A stretch of DNA of 64,000 bases from Catajapyx aquilonaris. Taxonomy: Eukaryota. The first letter of the stretch is position 1. Each line of letters begins with the position of its first letter. Made by a program: the position numbers and the translations under genes. Shown here one piece after another: positions 10,601-22,508 of the stretch. The stretch covers positions 1 to 64,000 of the forward strand of contig JYFJ02001088.1 of NCBI GenBank assembly GCA_000934665.2. The letters are read 5' to 3'. The notes beneath the pieces were generated by a model. It searched no databases. It was not told the DNA's origin and saw only the letters and a list, made by a program, of their open reading frames with translations.

Positions 10601-13600
10601 TCTTACCACGCATAAGCTACACTGAGCAGTAGCCAGTCTTCATTCATGGTCTCGTCAATGTCTTAGAACAGACTTCCGGGTATGCCTTCCCCCCCAAAAA
10701 ATCTGGTCCTACAGGTTTGAATTTGCTTAATTTTATTACGCAACGCAGAACTACGAGGACCATTGTGTTCGCACCAAATTATGATTCCACCATACACTGA
10801 TACACACAAAAAAATGGGCTCTCTCAGACAGTAAGAGCTGCAATTTCACACCCTTTTGAAGAAAGGGATGCATGCTTCACGGGCGATTGCCCTTCCTGAA
10901 ACAACCCACTGGCTGCGGTTGAATCCCGCACTTTCAGTCCGAAATTCAAAAGGACCTTCTGGGGTGTGTTATGTAGTGCAGAAACAACGCAATCCTTCAG
11001 GCCATAAATTCATCGCACAATTTGTCACGGCACGTTCCCTCTACTACTAGCGGCCTAATCTCGTGATCTGGCTAATACGAAGACGCATGCAATGGTCACG
11101 GTCAGTAGGCCATGCGAAACGGGCAGTGTTATCGCGTGCCTCTCCACTTTATTACAAACACTAGAAGACATGTCGAAGCCTCCTTGGTATTTACAAGGAA
11201 GGTTTCCCCTTTCAACCCCCCTAAGATTTCGGGAGCAGGTGCTGAATGGACCCAGAATGAATGAGGCCCCCGTGTGGAGGAGTCGTGGGAACCCTCGACT
11301 CAACTTACACCCTGCTCCTGGGAAGATCTTCGGTGAAAGATCGTCGCGATGTAATACTGAAGCTGAGGAAACTGTGGTGCAAAAATATTGCATCTGCTCC
11401 AACACCGTTTAACGTTCTTGGACCGTGAATCAAATTTTGGGGAAGAAAAAGGAGCCTGATATTAAAGGTAACGGTCACCAAATCGGTAGGGGCAGATGGT
11501 GTAACCGCCTTTTTAGGAGAGCCGTACATGTCCTAACTACACGACCTGCAATTGTCCGGCCAGCTATTTTGCAAGTGAAAAAGAACCGAACTGGGCCATG
11601 TTTTCAGAGAAGAGAGGCCAGCTCGAGGCCTTTTCAGGACCGAAGACCTTTAGAACTCGCGTTTGCTGAAAAATCGACACGAGCGCAGCTGTCCCTCTGG
11701 GGGAGATCCGTGTACCGGCGCACCTCCTTTGATATGGTGTCGCTTAGGCGTGGGAAATACAGCAACCCTCGTTCTTTTTTACTGGGGGACCCATCCATAT
11801 AGTGAACCCCTTTTTACACGTGGATATCAGTCAAAAAAATTTGGGAGGAAACCCGCCCACTCGTTGGTATCTTATGCACTTTAAGCTCCGATCGTATGAG
11901 CTGTCCGTCTGCAAATTTCCTTATCAACTTCACTTGTTCATTTCCTGTGTTGTTGACCCGGCTTTCATTGTGGGAAATATGTATATCGCAGTCCGACTCG
12001 ACAGTCCAGCCATCATTGCTATCAGCGACATTGTCGTAGACGCCAGGGTATTGTTTCAAAAAAACCACGTGATGTCTCAAGGCTGTGTTTATATAAGGTG
12101 ACTGCACAGCTTCCGCCATCGATATCTTCCTAATTTCTGCTGGAGTTGGGGTTGCTCCAATGTCAAACGGTTTTCTTAAAAAGACCTCAGGTTGACACAA
12201 TCGAGGCAACTTCTGGCAGCTGCCACGTGCCCACCAGAAGCCGGCCTCCTTTTCTTCATACCTTTTCACCCCCCAGATGCTGTTCCTATGAAAGCAGGTA
12301 GCTTGGCAAAGTGAAGGACAATCCCCCTCCATCCCCACCTCTCCAGACAATTCAGAAAACCGCCAGTTGCCCTTCCATCCCTATACGTAATTCATTTGCT
12401 TTTCCCCGTGTATTCGATTTCTCGGTGCCTCCCAAATATCGGCCGGATAACTAAAAAAAAAAAGTCATCGTGTGTGGCCCCCCCAAACTTGGAGAGGACC
12501 AACTTGGACCCAGTCTTTCTTCTTCAAACGATGACTCAAATTATCTCGTTAAGCCTCACGACGCCCCTCTCATAAGCCGCAGTTTATAACCCTCTTCCCT
12601 TATTGGCCCCGGATTCGAGCCCAGTGCTGTGTGTGTCCCCTTGATTTACTCTGCATCACAATCACTTCCTTCTCAAAGGGGAGGAGAGGATGCAGAGGAC
12701 GCAGATGCCCGGGGTCCCACCAGAAGACAAGAAGGCAAACAGATAGCAGCAGGGTGCCTTTCTTCAGTTTGGCCTCTGGTCTCTCCCCAACCATCTCACC
12801 CTCTACATATATATACAGGCAGCTGCTCCTCACCTTCCCCATTTTTTTTTTCAAGTGTATTATGATTCGGATGTCCGGGGGTTACCTGGGGACCAAAAGG
12901 TGTTCGCACGTGCCCAGGAAGGAAGCTGCGGTCCTTTCAGAAGACCGTTTTCACCAAGGAAGTAACAAGGCATTGTATCGCACTGGGGGTTCCTGATTCA
13001 AAAGGACGGTTTTCTTTTCAGAAGGTTTTTGATCCACCCTGTGCAGTTATTCCACGTGCCAGTCCATATGGCGCGGTTAGGCCATGAAGTGTGCTGGAGG
13101 TTTCGCCAATCAGGTGCTTTCTAGGCCCCATTCATTCAAGAACCAGCTGACCAGAAGTGATTGGTCAGCAGCTGTCCCAACTGCCTTTTCCTGGGAAAAA
13201 CTGCACAATGCTTGATCCCCCCCCCTCCAGAAATTTCGGCAACGATTTTCCTAACGGCCTAATATTGGCGAAAATTAAATGCCCGTCGCACTTTTATTTC
13301 AACACTCTCGCGAGTGGGGGTGACCGCTGCAAAATGTCGAGTGCACACTTAGTCACCGCCGCAGTTCCATTCATAATCACGACCATGAAACTCGGGGCAA
13401 GTTTTCTCCCCGCCCCGATTGTTCATAGGGAGCTTACGCGACCGTCAAAGTATGTCAACCAAGATGTCAAATACGTAGACGTAACTCCTACGAAGTCTTT
13501 GTCGGCTCCCATAAACAATGGCGTCAACACCCAAGGGGCCAGACAGAGGACTGACCCGTCGCCAGGCCTAATCTGCCAGATATGAGAGTGCACTTGACTC

Positions 13601-15651
13601 GCTTTTTCGAACATGAACTAGCGCTCTGTGCAAGCACACACAAGTGTAACAACCTTTGCCTTCAGGGTCAACTTTTCCGTCGGCAACCAGGCTCCATAAG
13701 GCATGCACGCAATGCCATTCAAGTTTTTCCCCACAGCGATTGACCTTTCCGGCCACCTGTACGTGTCGAAGGTCATCATATCGTCCGGTTCTATATACAC
13801 TCAGTTACGTACAACATATGTAACTTTTTTGAATGAGTCAGATCTTGCCCTTCCTGCTTTCGCTCTTGATGAGAAAAATCATTTCCTCTCTGGCGGATTG
13901 AGTCTGATGGCGGAGGGGATCCCTTTCTTTCTCAATTGCTGGCCCTTGCCTCAGGAAGGACAACACCACCCAAATGGGGCTGGACCACCAACCACAATGA
14001 CTCAGACTTCTTATTTTATTCTCAGAGAGACATGGGGGGCTTAAACGGACGCTTATTTTGGCTAAATGGTGGTAGAGGGCGGTGACTTTTGTTGCCGTGC
14101 ACTTGGGGAATCCGTCTTCTTCACTTGTCACTTCGGTTAGAAGTCAGTTCCCCGCCGGTGGACTCAGAGGAATGCTACTCTTTGTCTAGGAACGGAGATG
14201 GCCCAATGTTTTATTCACCACGCGATTGGAGGTCACAACTCTCAATAATTCAGTAGGTCACGCAAAAAAAAAAACGGAATAAATGCTGTTTAAATCACGG
14301 GGAATTCGCTCCATGATGTCCTGTTTTCGCCGTTTCCTTATGACCGGTAATTTCCCCTACTTGCTTGGCAACTCCCTCACATTGCGTGTAACGTGCGTGA
14401 GGAATGGCAGAGGCAGCCAGACTCCGAGGCATGCGAATAAGACCTATCCCATTTGCAGACCGCCTACGCCTTCCGGACCTCTAGTTCAAGGGCGGTGAAT
14501 CCAAGTTGCTGAGCGCGATAGAGCAGAGATGCTTACCTCATTGCCAAAAGAGGTCTTATACGAAAACTCATCTGGACCTGGTCTAGTTTTGATTACTATC
14601 GACGTGCCCTTCTTTTGATGACCGCTCAGTGGTCCAGGGGCTGCCCCTGTTCCCAGGTATCGCGGTAGTCAACAGCCAGGAGAGAGGCTGTGAGAACGAG
14701 GGCAGAGTCGCCTCCCCATCTAGGGTCCACAGAAAGGACAGAAACCAGTTTCAACTTACACTAGAAAACCAGTGTATGTGATCGCGACAGGTGCGGAGTC
14801 GTAAATGGCGCATCACATGAGATCTGCCATCGTTCACTCCCCTCTTGTATATATATTCACCCCCCTTCTCTCTAGCCCTGACCAAGGATGAACCGGTGCC
14901 TCTGCATTCCTTCGGGACCACCTCGCAGGGTCATTCCATTCCCAAGAGATGTTGGGGAGGACCAGTCCCTTCTTTTGCCGCAATTTGCCGAGGGGCCCAA
15001 AACGTCATTTCCGTCACCCTCCCCTCACGCAACACTTGTTAGATTCGGGGGTGGTCTCGGGAGATATTTTCCTAATCATGGGATGACTTCACTCCAAAAA
15101 AAAAAAAAAAATCAGAAAGTGGAGGAGAAAGAAGGGAGAGAGAGAGGTCCCCATAAGTGTGGGAACACATCGGGTCTGACTAGCAAATGAGCAGATTCCC
15201 AGACGGCTACGTGCATTCCTGCATAATTGTTACGTCGGAATATTGAATCAACAGGTGGGATCGCACGTAAGCATAATGCAGCGCACTCTGACGTCAAGAG
15301 ACTCCCAAAATTTGAACTAACATAACGGCATAAATTGTGTACAAAAGTGTTTGTGAGAAATCATTCCAATTCGTCCACTCTCCCGCCAACAAGGAACGTG
15401 CGAGGAATCAAATTCCCATGAAAATTTTGGGGTAACGGTAAAATCCCCCCAAAAAAGGCACCTTTTTCCGATGGGAAATTTTCACACTCGAATTCAAAAC
15501 TTTCCTTTTGACTTCTCACAAAACCGAGCCTGATCCGAGTATTCAAGTAGTCCTAACCGCAATCTCTCTCTCTCTCTCCCCCCCCCCCTCCCCCGACCCT
15601 TTTTTGCATATGGGGCGGAGAACACAATCTTAGCGTTCCTCACTAACACAA

Positions 15652-15717
<66 letters not shown>

Positions 15718-18700
15718 TCTTGGAGAGGAGTCATTTCTCTTTCGTAACGATGTAACGATGGGCTGTCGAAATGTTCGCGCCCACGGGCCCTCTCTGTCTC
15801 GCACACACACAGAGAGACCTCACCTTGAACTGCCCTTTCCGAGTTCGGCCGTGAAGAAGCTTGATTAGACAAGTCCTTTTCATGTGCACGGGCATTCCAC
15901 CTAGAGCCCCTGGGGGCCCTCCTCCCTTTGTCGGCCCGAATTATGACGCCTCTTGCCCCCCTTTTTTCCCCATACCTTTTTTTACCTTCCTTCGCCAAAA
16001 AAAACCTTCCAGCCATTTTTACGGTGTGTCGCACCGGCTTATTGGCAATCTTCGTCTGACCCACTGACTTTAACGCCAAAAACGGCTTTTTTTTGTTTAA
16101 AAAATGGCATCGTTTCGCCCTTAAACGTGCTGAATTGGCTTACAATTCAGCGAAAGTTAAAAAATAAAAGCCCCGTGGTTAGAGCCAATTTGCTCGGTAA
16201 TTCCTGGGCAATTGGTGGGCCATCATACACGTCACCCGGCAGACACATTGTGCAGCCGGTTCTAGTTGCACTGGTTATCAGCAGCCATCGGAGGAAGGAA
16301 TTCCATTCAAACCATATGACGGGACAACTCCAGCTCCCACAGATAAGCAGTGTGTCTCCACGAAACTAGATATTTTTACCCCAAGTCGCCAATATGTGGC
16401 CGGTTCCGGGAACTGGGTCCGAGGGTTCCCAATTTTTAATTTTTTTTAAGGGAAGGGGAGGCAGGTAGGTAGGCATCCCAAGGTCATGGGACTAAATGAT
16501 GGTTTGTCAGGATGACTTCCCTTATTCCCCTTGCTCCATCTATCTAACCCCACCTCCCTATCGCAGGATGTTGTGTCTCGAAAAATGAAAAAAAAAGGAG
16601 TTGGAAGGCCTCCCGCATTGCTGTTGCCCCAGGACTAAACCCCACAATTTATTTGCTTTTAGACTAGAGGTCACTTCCATCGAAAAAAATACATATATGT
16701 TGGGCAACAATTTTCGCGAGGTCAAATTCCTGTCCGGTGACTAGGATTATTCGGAGAAAGGCGGATCCTGGCTGCAGTATGTATCAAAATGGTTGACACC
16801 AAGGGTTTCCCTATCCATAATGCAATGCGGCGAAAACAGGCGTGTCGGATGCCAAGCATCATCTGCCGCTCCTCCGGCGCCTCATTTCCCTCAATGGAAA
16901 TTCCTACTCCATTTTCACACGGCTATCCGTCACACGGAACGTATCTCCACATAGCTCGGATTTCCCACGGTTACACCGTTAGGGGTCAAAAGTATGGCCC
17001 GGCGCAAGAGAGCAGGTGATCGACAATGCATAAGACAAATCAGCGGCATCGGCAATGTGGGAATCAGGGTCCGAGACGCTTCTCTTGGCTGTGGTGGTGA
17101 TGGTGGCTTCACCTATTCACACGCTCCAGGATATTGGGAAGGGGATCCCCATAACTCATATATCCCCATTGATAAGATACGTATCGGGGGGGACCGGGGC
17201 CTCGGGAATGCCCATCGCAAGCAGAGCACATGGCAGGGAAGTACGACAGAATCCTTTTCCCAGGTGGGGGTAAGCGAATTCCCCTTGGACACGCAGTCAT
17301 CAGAATAATCGAGCGTGTTTTGGTTCCGCATGCAACTTACCAGTGGCGCAGAGTGCGATGAAGGTTTGCGCGTGCCTCTTCACCTTGCTCAGGTCCACAC
17401 ACTGCTCCATGTGAAGCCGCCGGAGTATGTGGTCCACGAAATCGTTGGGGGTTATCGCCGACATGTCCCACTTCAATTTCGCCAGTACCAGAAGCTCCCA
17501 GTCCTGAAAATTTGCAAGAATCCCAATCAAGATGCGCAGAAAATGGAACAGTCCGGCTGTTCTGCGCAATCCCTGCGCATACAACAATATGTGGGGCCGT
17601 TCTGCGCACCCCAACCCCGTTGAACTCAATAGGTGGCGCCAAAATATGCTTTATGCCGCAATCAGCGGAAGACCAGCTTGCGGAGGATGTCTTTTATCGG
17701 AGGAAGAGAGTGCTTTCATATCGCTTCATATATATTTTTTGTAGCATTGCTTTCTGCCCTGGGATTAGTGGTTCTAACTTATGTACTTAGCCTCGTATCC
17801 GGCCTGATCTTGGCCAAACCCCTGGTCCAGTCATCCCCCCTTTTGTTCAACTCACTCCAGGTGAGCCCCCACAGTGTGTCGGCAACTTCCTCCTAGTGAA
17901 CCAATGCTCCCGAGACACTTTGACCCCCCGCCGTCTCATGGCGCCTAGTCGGGCCTACTAGGCTGACGTCATGTATTCAATGTGTGCAAAACCGCCTCTG
18001 AACCTTTGCAAAAGTTCACGCCCGTTCTCCCGCACAGATTTGCACACTTGCTTAGCTGCACATTTTTGCTTTCCCATATAAACCATCGGGTCTGAAAATA
18101 TCCGGACTAATCCTATCTGACGTTGAAACACGGAAACGAAACCAACCTTCCCGCAAGGCCACATCCTTCTTAATGGCAACTCAGACGGTATTAACCCAGA
18201 TCGACAACTTCCACTCTGCCTGGGCTCAGCTTTTGGACAATCCCTTCATATGTACCGTGGTGATGCAGTCAACTAACACCCCTTGGGGTAGTCCGGGGGT
18301 CCCAACCAAAATTCCCCGAGTTCCAACCCTCTCCCGAGCCGGCTAGTCAAACGTCTGTCTACTACGGTGCCATGGTGGCTGTCAATGTCAATCAGCTGAG
18401 AGAGTTTTTGGAAGGAACTGGAGTGGAAAAGTATTTTGGCCTGAGGTACACCCCATGCCCAGCTGATAAGAAGGAGCCGTTACTGGCAGTTTGCTGAAGG
18501 CACTTTCTGGGACACCCTGTCGCGGATTCACTTTACATTCATTAATACATATGATTAGGATTAACTTCACTCACATTGAGTACACGCACTTCCACTTCCT
18601 GTGATTAATGACACGATTCCTGAATGAGAAGCTGATATTCGCAAACATCCCGATAATCACCTCATTTACATTTCAACACCTGATTCTGTCATCCTTAAAT

Positions 18701-21529
18701 GGCTTAAATATAATGTAAATGATCTTAGAATAGCACTGATGTCAACATTGGGAATATCAACACTGCTTTTCTGTATAACTGGCGTAACATTTATCCATAA
18801 TTTTCTCCAAAAACATGGTACGAGTCCACTGGAATTCCCAGGGCATGTCACCAGCAGGAAGCTACAGTTACACCTGGAGACCAGTTATGCCTCGTGGTCT
18901 TAGTTGCTTTGGCTCCCCCAATATGCCCATTCAGATCTCGTTCGGTTCAGTATTTTACAAAATTGTCAGTCACTCGGTGATTTTGCCTGCATTTCACAAA
19001 TTTCAAGCGAAATTTTCGTTCAATTGTATACTTTCCGGAGGGGTAACAAAGACGTGTACCCAGCAAACCCGTTTTCTCCTCCCATTACACTTTGGACAGA
19101 TTAAGAAATAACCGCGTGTTACCACATTCATTATCACATTTAGCAATCGGCGGGCCACGAGCGTAGCCATGATTACAACACTGGCGCACCAAATTAATAA
19201 CTCTAGGTCCTGAAATCCACTAGAAAATTGTTGCAAGGAGGTGGGCCTAAGGGAGTGACCAAACATAACAGGAGAATGGGGGTGGTTAATTCCCCGTGAC
19301 ACCGGTTTCTCGATGACAAATGACCACCTTGTAATTCCACACGTCCAGCTAGGAATCCCACCGTGTTGACGACTCCACAGGAGTCTCCGGACCCCGCCCC
19401 CGAGACACCCCAACAAATGACATTCCATCATGTACTGTACACAAGAAGGCTGCCGACACGCAAAGGAGAGAAGAACAAGGTCTTGGCCACCTACCTGCTT
19501 TATACAAAAAAAAATATATACATATAAGAACCCATCCTCCTTTTTTAACCCGCACTGTTAATATGGACACACGGGTAAGACAAAAGAAATTCCAGGCGGC
19601 ACTTCCGAAAGGTGACCCTGACCTCCTAAGACATAAATCTGTGATTTCAATCGGCATCCCGCCGGCTTTCACGGCAGGGCATACCTGCAGTTTGCTAACT
19701 GCCAACGTCAATGGTACCGTTTGTGTCGAATTGCCATCCCGAAAATTACACCTGACCGACTCTAAGCCCCAATAATGGTTTAATGAGGTGGAAACCTATA
19801 GGACGGGAAGGTGCGGACGGTCAATGGTTGCCCACACCCACTGAAGAAACGGAAAAAAAAGGTTCCTTTGTGGGCTACGATAGGGTTCTTCCAGGTTAGC
19901 CTTTGAAACCCCCGAAACCGGAAGATTTTGTCCAGCCAACAACAAGAATCACCTTGCCGCAGCTTCCTTGTTCCTGTGGGTTTCTTAATCGCGGGTAGAT
20001 ACGGAAGGGGGGCGAACTAACCAGTGTCGCTAAAATATCCCGTCGACCACACAATCGCCTCTTTAGGCGACCCCAAGGCGCCATCCGCTGTCACCATTGT
20101 TCCGGAGGCAAAAGCAAGAACCCCGTGGTATAACATCTAAGGTGGTCCAAACAATGAGGAAGGTTTTCCTCGGGACAGCTCTAAACGCCAAGGGGTGGGT
20201 TTTTCGATCGGTAGGTGTCCCCCCAAGAAGGTGCACTGCTTACGGGTTTTAATCCCAAGAGCCCTGAACACCCATGTCCGCGGCTACTTTCACGACTTTG
20301 TTCAGGGTATTTATTGCCTGTCCGTTCAATCCCCAGCCAATACCTGAAGGAATTTGTCTTTCTCTTCTTCACCACCAGCACTTTAACATTATACACTGTA
20401 GTGCGATGGACATTATGTGTTTCAGTAAATAGGCAATGATTTCACGACTGAACATACAAGGCGACGTTTCGACGTCTTTGGCCATTTCTGGCGTCGTGAA
20501 ATCCGTCGCCTTTTTGACTTATGTCTGCTAGTTTGAATGGACTCGCATGTGACACCAGCGCCACAGACAATCCAAGATAAGAGCCTCCCCACTTTCTTAT
20601 CACATAGCTTAAGGGGAAATGCTAGGCCGGAAGGGCTTCCAGTAGAGTTAGATTCACTGTCCACTGAGCAGCTACTTACCAGGAGATGCTGCAACCGAAT
20701 GCTATTGTCCGTGTATATCACTAATTTCTCCGCCGTTAGGGGTCGGCTCTCCTTGAGTTTGGAACTTAGGAAGAGGCAAACGGCACCCAGCAACTGGAGC
20801 TGGGGTTTGGAAATCACGCATACACTAAGGAACCGGTCCATGTAGTTCATGGCGAGGGGAAAAACTTCGTCTTGACACTTCTGGTCCTCACAGACCTGAG
20901 AGAAAGAGAGAGAGAAAATTTGGTCATTATAATTTTGTTGACTACCTGAAGCAATATGGTTATAAAAACACTCGAGTTGCAATAGGGGCGGTGTGGTACT
21001 ATGTGTGATCACGCTCGTTGGCTCCAGATTTACTTATTTATTCAACCCGAGAGATGGAGGCCAAGTGGCTGCATTGATCAGGGCTTGTGGGAGGTTAGGA
21101 ATCACTGGACTTGTTTATTTTTGGTCTGCCCATACTTAAGGTGCTGACCTGTCAAAATACCCACATTTTGATCGCAGTGAGTTGCAAATTCCATTTTTTT
21201 TAAACATTCAATTACAGGGCCACGATATGAAACTACACTTTTCTTGCACAATTTAAAAAAAATCAGCGCGACACAATGTTCCCAACACACCGCACCTATT
21301 GGCTATGTATTGTCCATACCTCGAGCATCCAGTCGGCAACAATCTTCCTCATCTGCGCCGTAATGTCCTTCTGCACACACTTTAAATTCGGCCACGCCGG
21401 ATTACCGGCCGTGTTACACCTATCCTCTCTGGACAGCAGATTCCGAAGAATCCTGTCGTCGTCCAATAATACTGGGTCCAAGTAGGCACGACATTCGAAA
21501 CCATTTTCACAGCAGAGCAGGTCGACCAT
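7630..21529 (-). CDS. CycD: G1/S cyclin D (D-type cyclin), 5 coding exons, 304 aa
   Basis: Exons 21529-21320, 20895-20680, 17503-17341, 10379-10237 and 7812-7630 are all GT-AG and in phase. The protein has an N-terminal LLCCE (Rb-binding LxCxE) and the cyclin box [35 protein letters not shown]...[16 protein letters not shown]...[12 protein letters not shown]. It continues with [11 protein letters not shown] and ends in the [11 protein letters not shown] phosphodegron. The 5-exon layout matches vertebrate CCND genes. Confidence 0.97.
8678..8850. repeat. Tandem repeat of about 30 bp, each unit carrying GATTGG(C/T)CAG (CCAAT box)
   Basis: GATTGG starts at 8721, 8751, 8781, 8810 and 8840 (period 29-30 bp), with a further copy at 8678. 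The unit consensus is roughly GATTGGCCAGAKYCACYAAYAGCCAnCTRY. Confidence 0.85.
15652..15717. repeat. (ATT)n microsatellite in cyclin D intron 3
   Basis: About 22 pure ATT units. Confidence 0.97.
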
Positions 21530-21859
21530 GGCTCGATCCCAACTTTTTTATATAATTAAAAAAAAATGCCGAGCTTTTTTTTTTTTTTAAATCCTCATAG
21601 TAATACAAATGTAAACTGGTGACTAGTGGAGTGTATAATTTCTTCTGAGGTAGAGACAGGGGGATGACCCTGACAGTACAGAGAGACTTGGAGGAGAGGA
21701 CTCGGCCACGACCCTAACACTACGGCCGCTGAGGCCCCACAAAATTCAACTGGAACTTGTTGGCCTACCCAGGGCAGTGGGTTGGACTTCGCAGGAGACT
21801 ACCCCGTGAGAGGTATTACAACTAGCGAACTCTGGTGTCTGGTGGGATTTCAAGGGCTG

Positions 21860-22350
21860 ATCAGCTGAGACCAGACCAACACGTGCTCTCTCACTGGTGG
21901 GGGATATCCCCCTCTCTGTACTTTCAGATATCGCTTTAGGAGTTAGGAATAATTTGCACTAGTTTAGGAAAAGCAGGGAGATGGGGGTCATGGCCAAATT
22001 TTTGGGATTGGACCGGAAGTGACTGATGGAGTCATCAGGGGGCGGGTTGTACGATTGAAGCTCATTAGTAATATCGGTGTCCGATTGACCAAATTTGGGT
22101 CGGGCCAGATTTTGTTTTAAAAAGTTTAGCAAAATGTAACCTGATGTGTACTCGGCCTTTCAAGCAAATCTTTCTTTAGAATTTCATTGCAGTTTACCCG
22201 AGGTTGCTATCATTGAGATAACTTTTGACGCCAAGTGAATTACTTGTATCGATACAGTCTGCCTGATTTCACTTTTTTTAAACATTTACAAAATAACGAG
22301 CCGGAGCCATCTTCTAAGTAACCCTGGCAGACAAGTTATCAAAGAGTCAA
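21860..22350 (-). promoter_or_regulatory. Candidate proximal cyclin D promoter
   Basis: Lies within 0.35-0.8 kb of the ATG. It contains CACGTG (21880-21885), ETS-type ACCGGAAGTG (~22012-22021), GC box GGGGCGGG (~22040), DRE TATCGATA (22247-22254) and TCF-type ATCAAAG (~22338). The TSS cannot be determined from sequence. Confidence 0.45.
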
Positions 22351-22408
22351 CACTAATTGTATAAATCACCATTGTTGCTTATTTCCCACTGGATCCTGTA
22401 GTAAACAA

Positions 22409-22508
22409 TCCGTATGTGGGGAAACTTTGCTCCATCCTGTACAGTACACATATGTCACCTGGTCCAGGTGTACTGTACAGGATGGAGCATAGTTTCCCCA
22501 CATATGGA
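22409..22508. repeat. Near-perfect 40-bp inverted repeat (hairpin or MITE) upstream of cyclin D
   Basis: Arms 22410-22449 and 22468-22507 are complementary at 38 of 40 positions, with an 18-nt spacer. Confidence 0.9.

Noticed and set aside
21587..21598. Minimal uORF (ATG AGG ATT TAA) in the cyclin D leader
   Set aside because: Present in the sequence, but a three-codon uORF in an AT-rich leader is expected by chance and the leader structure is unconfirmed.
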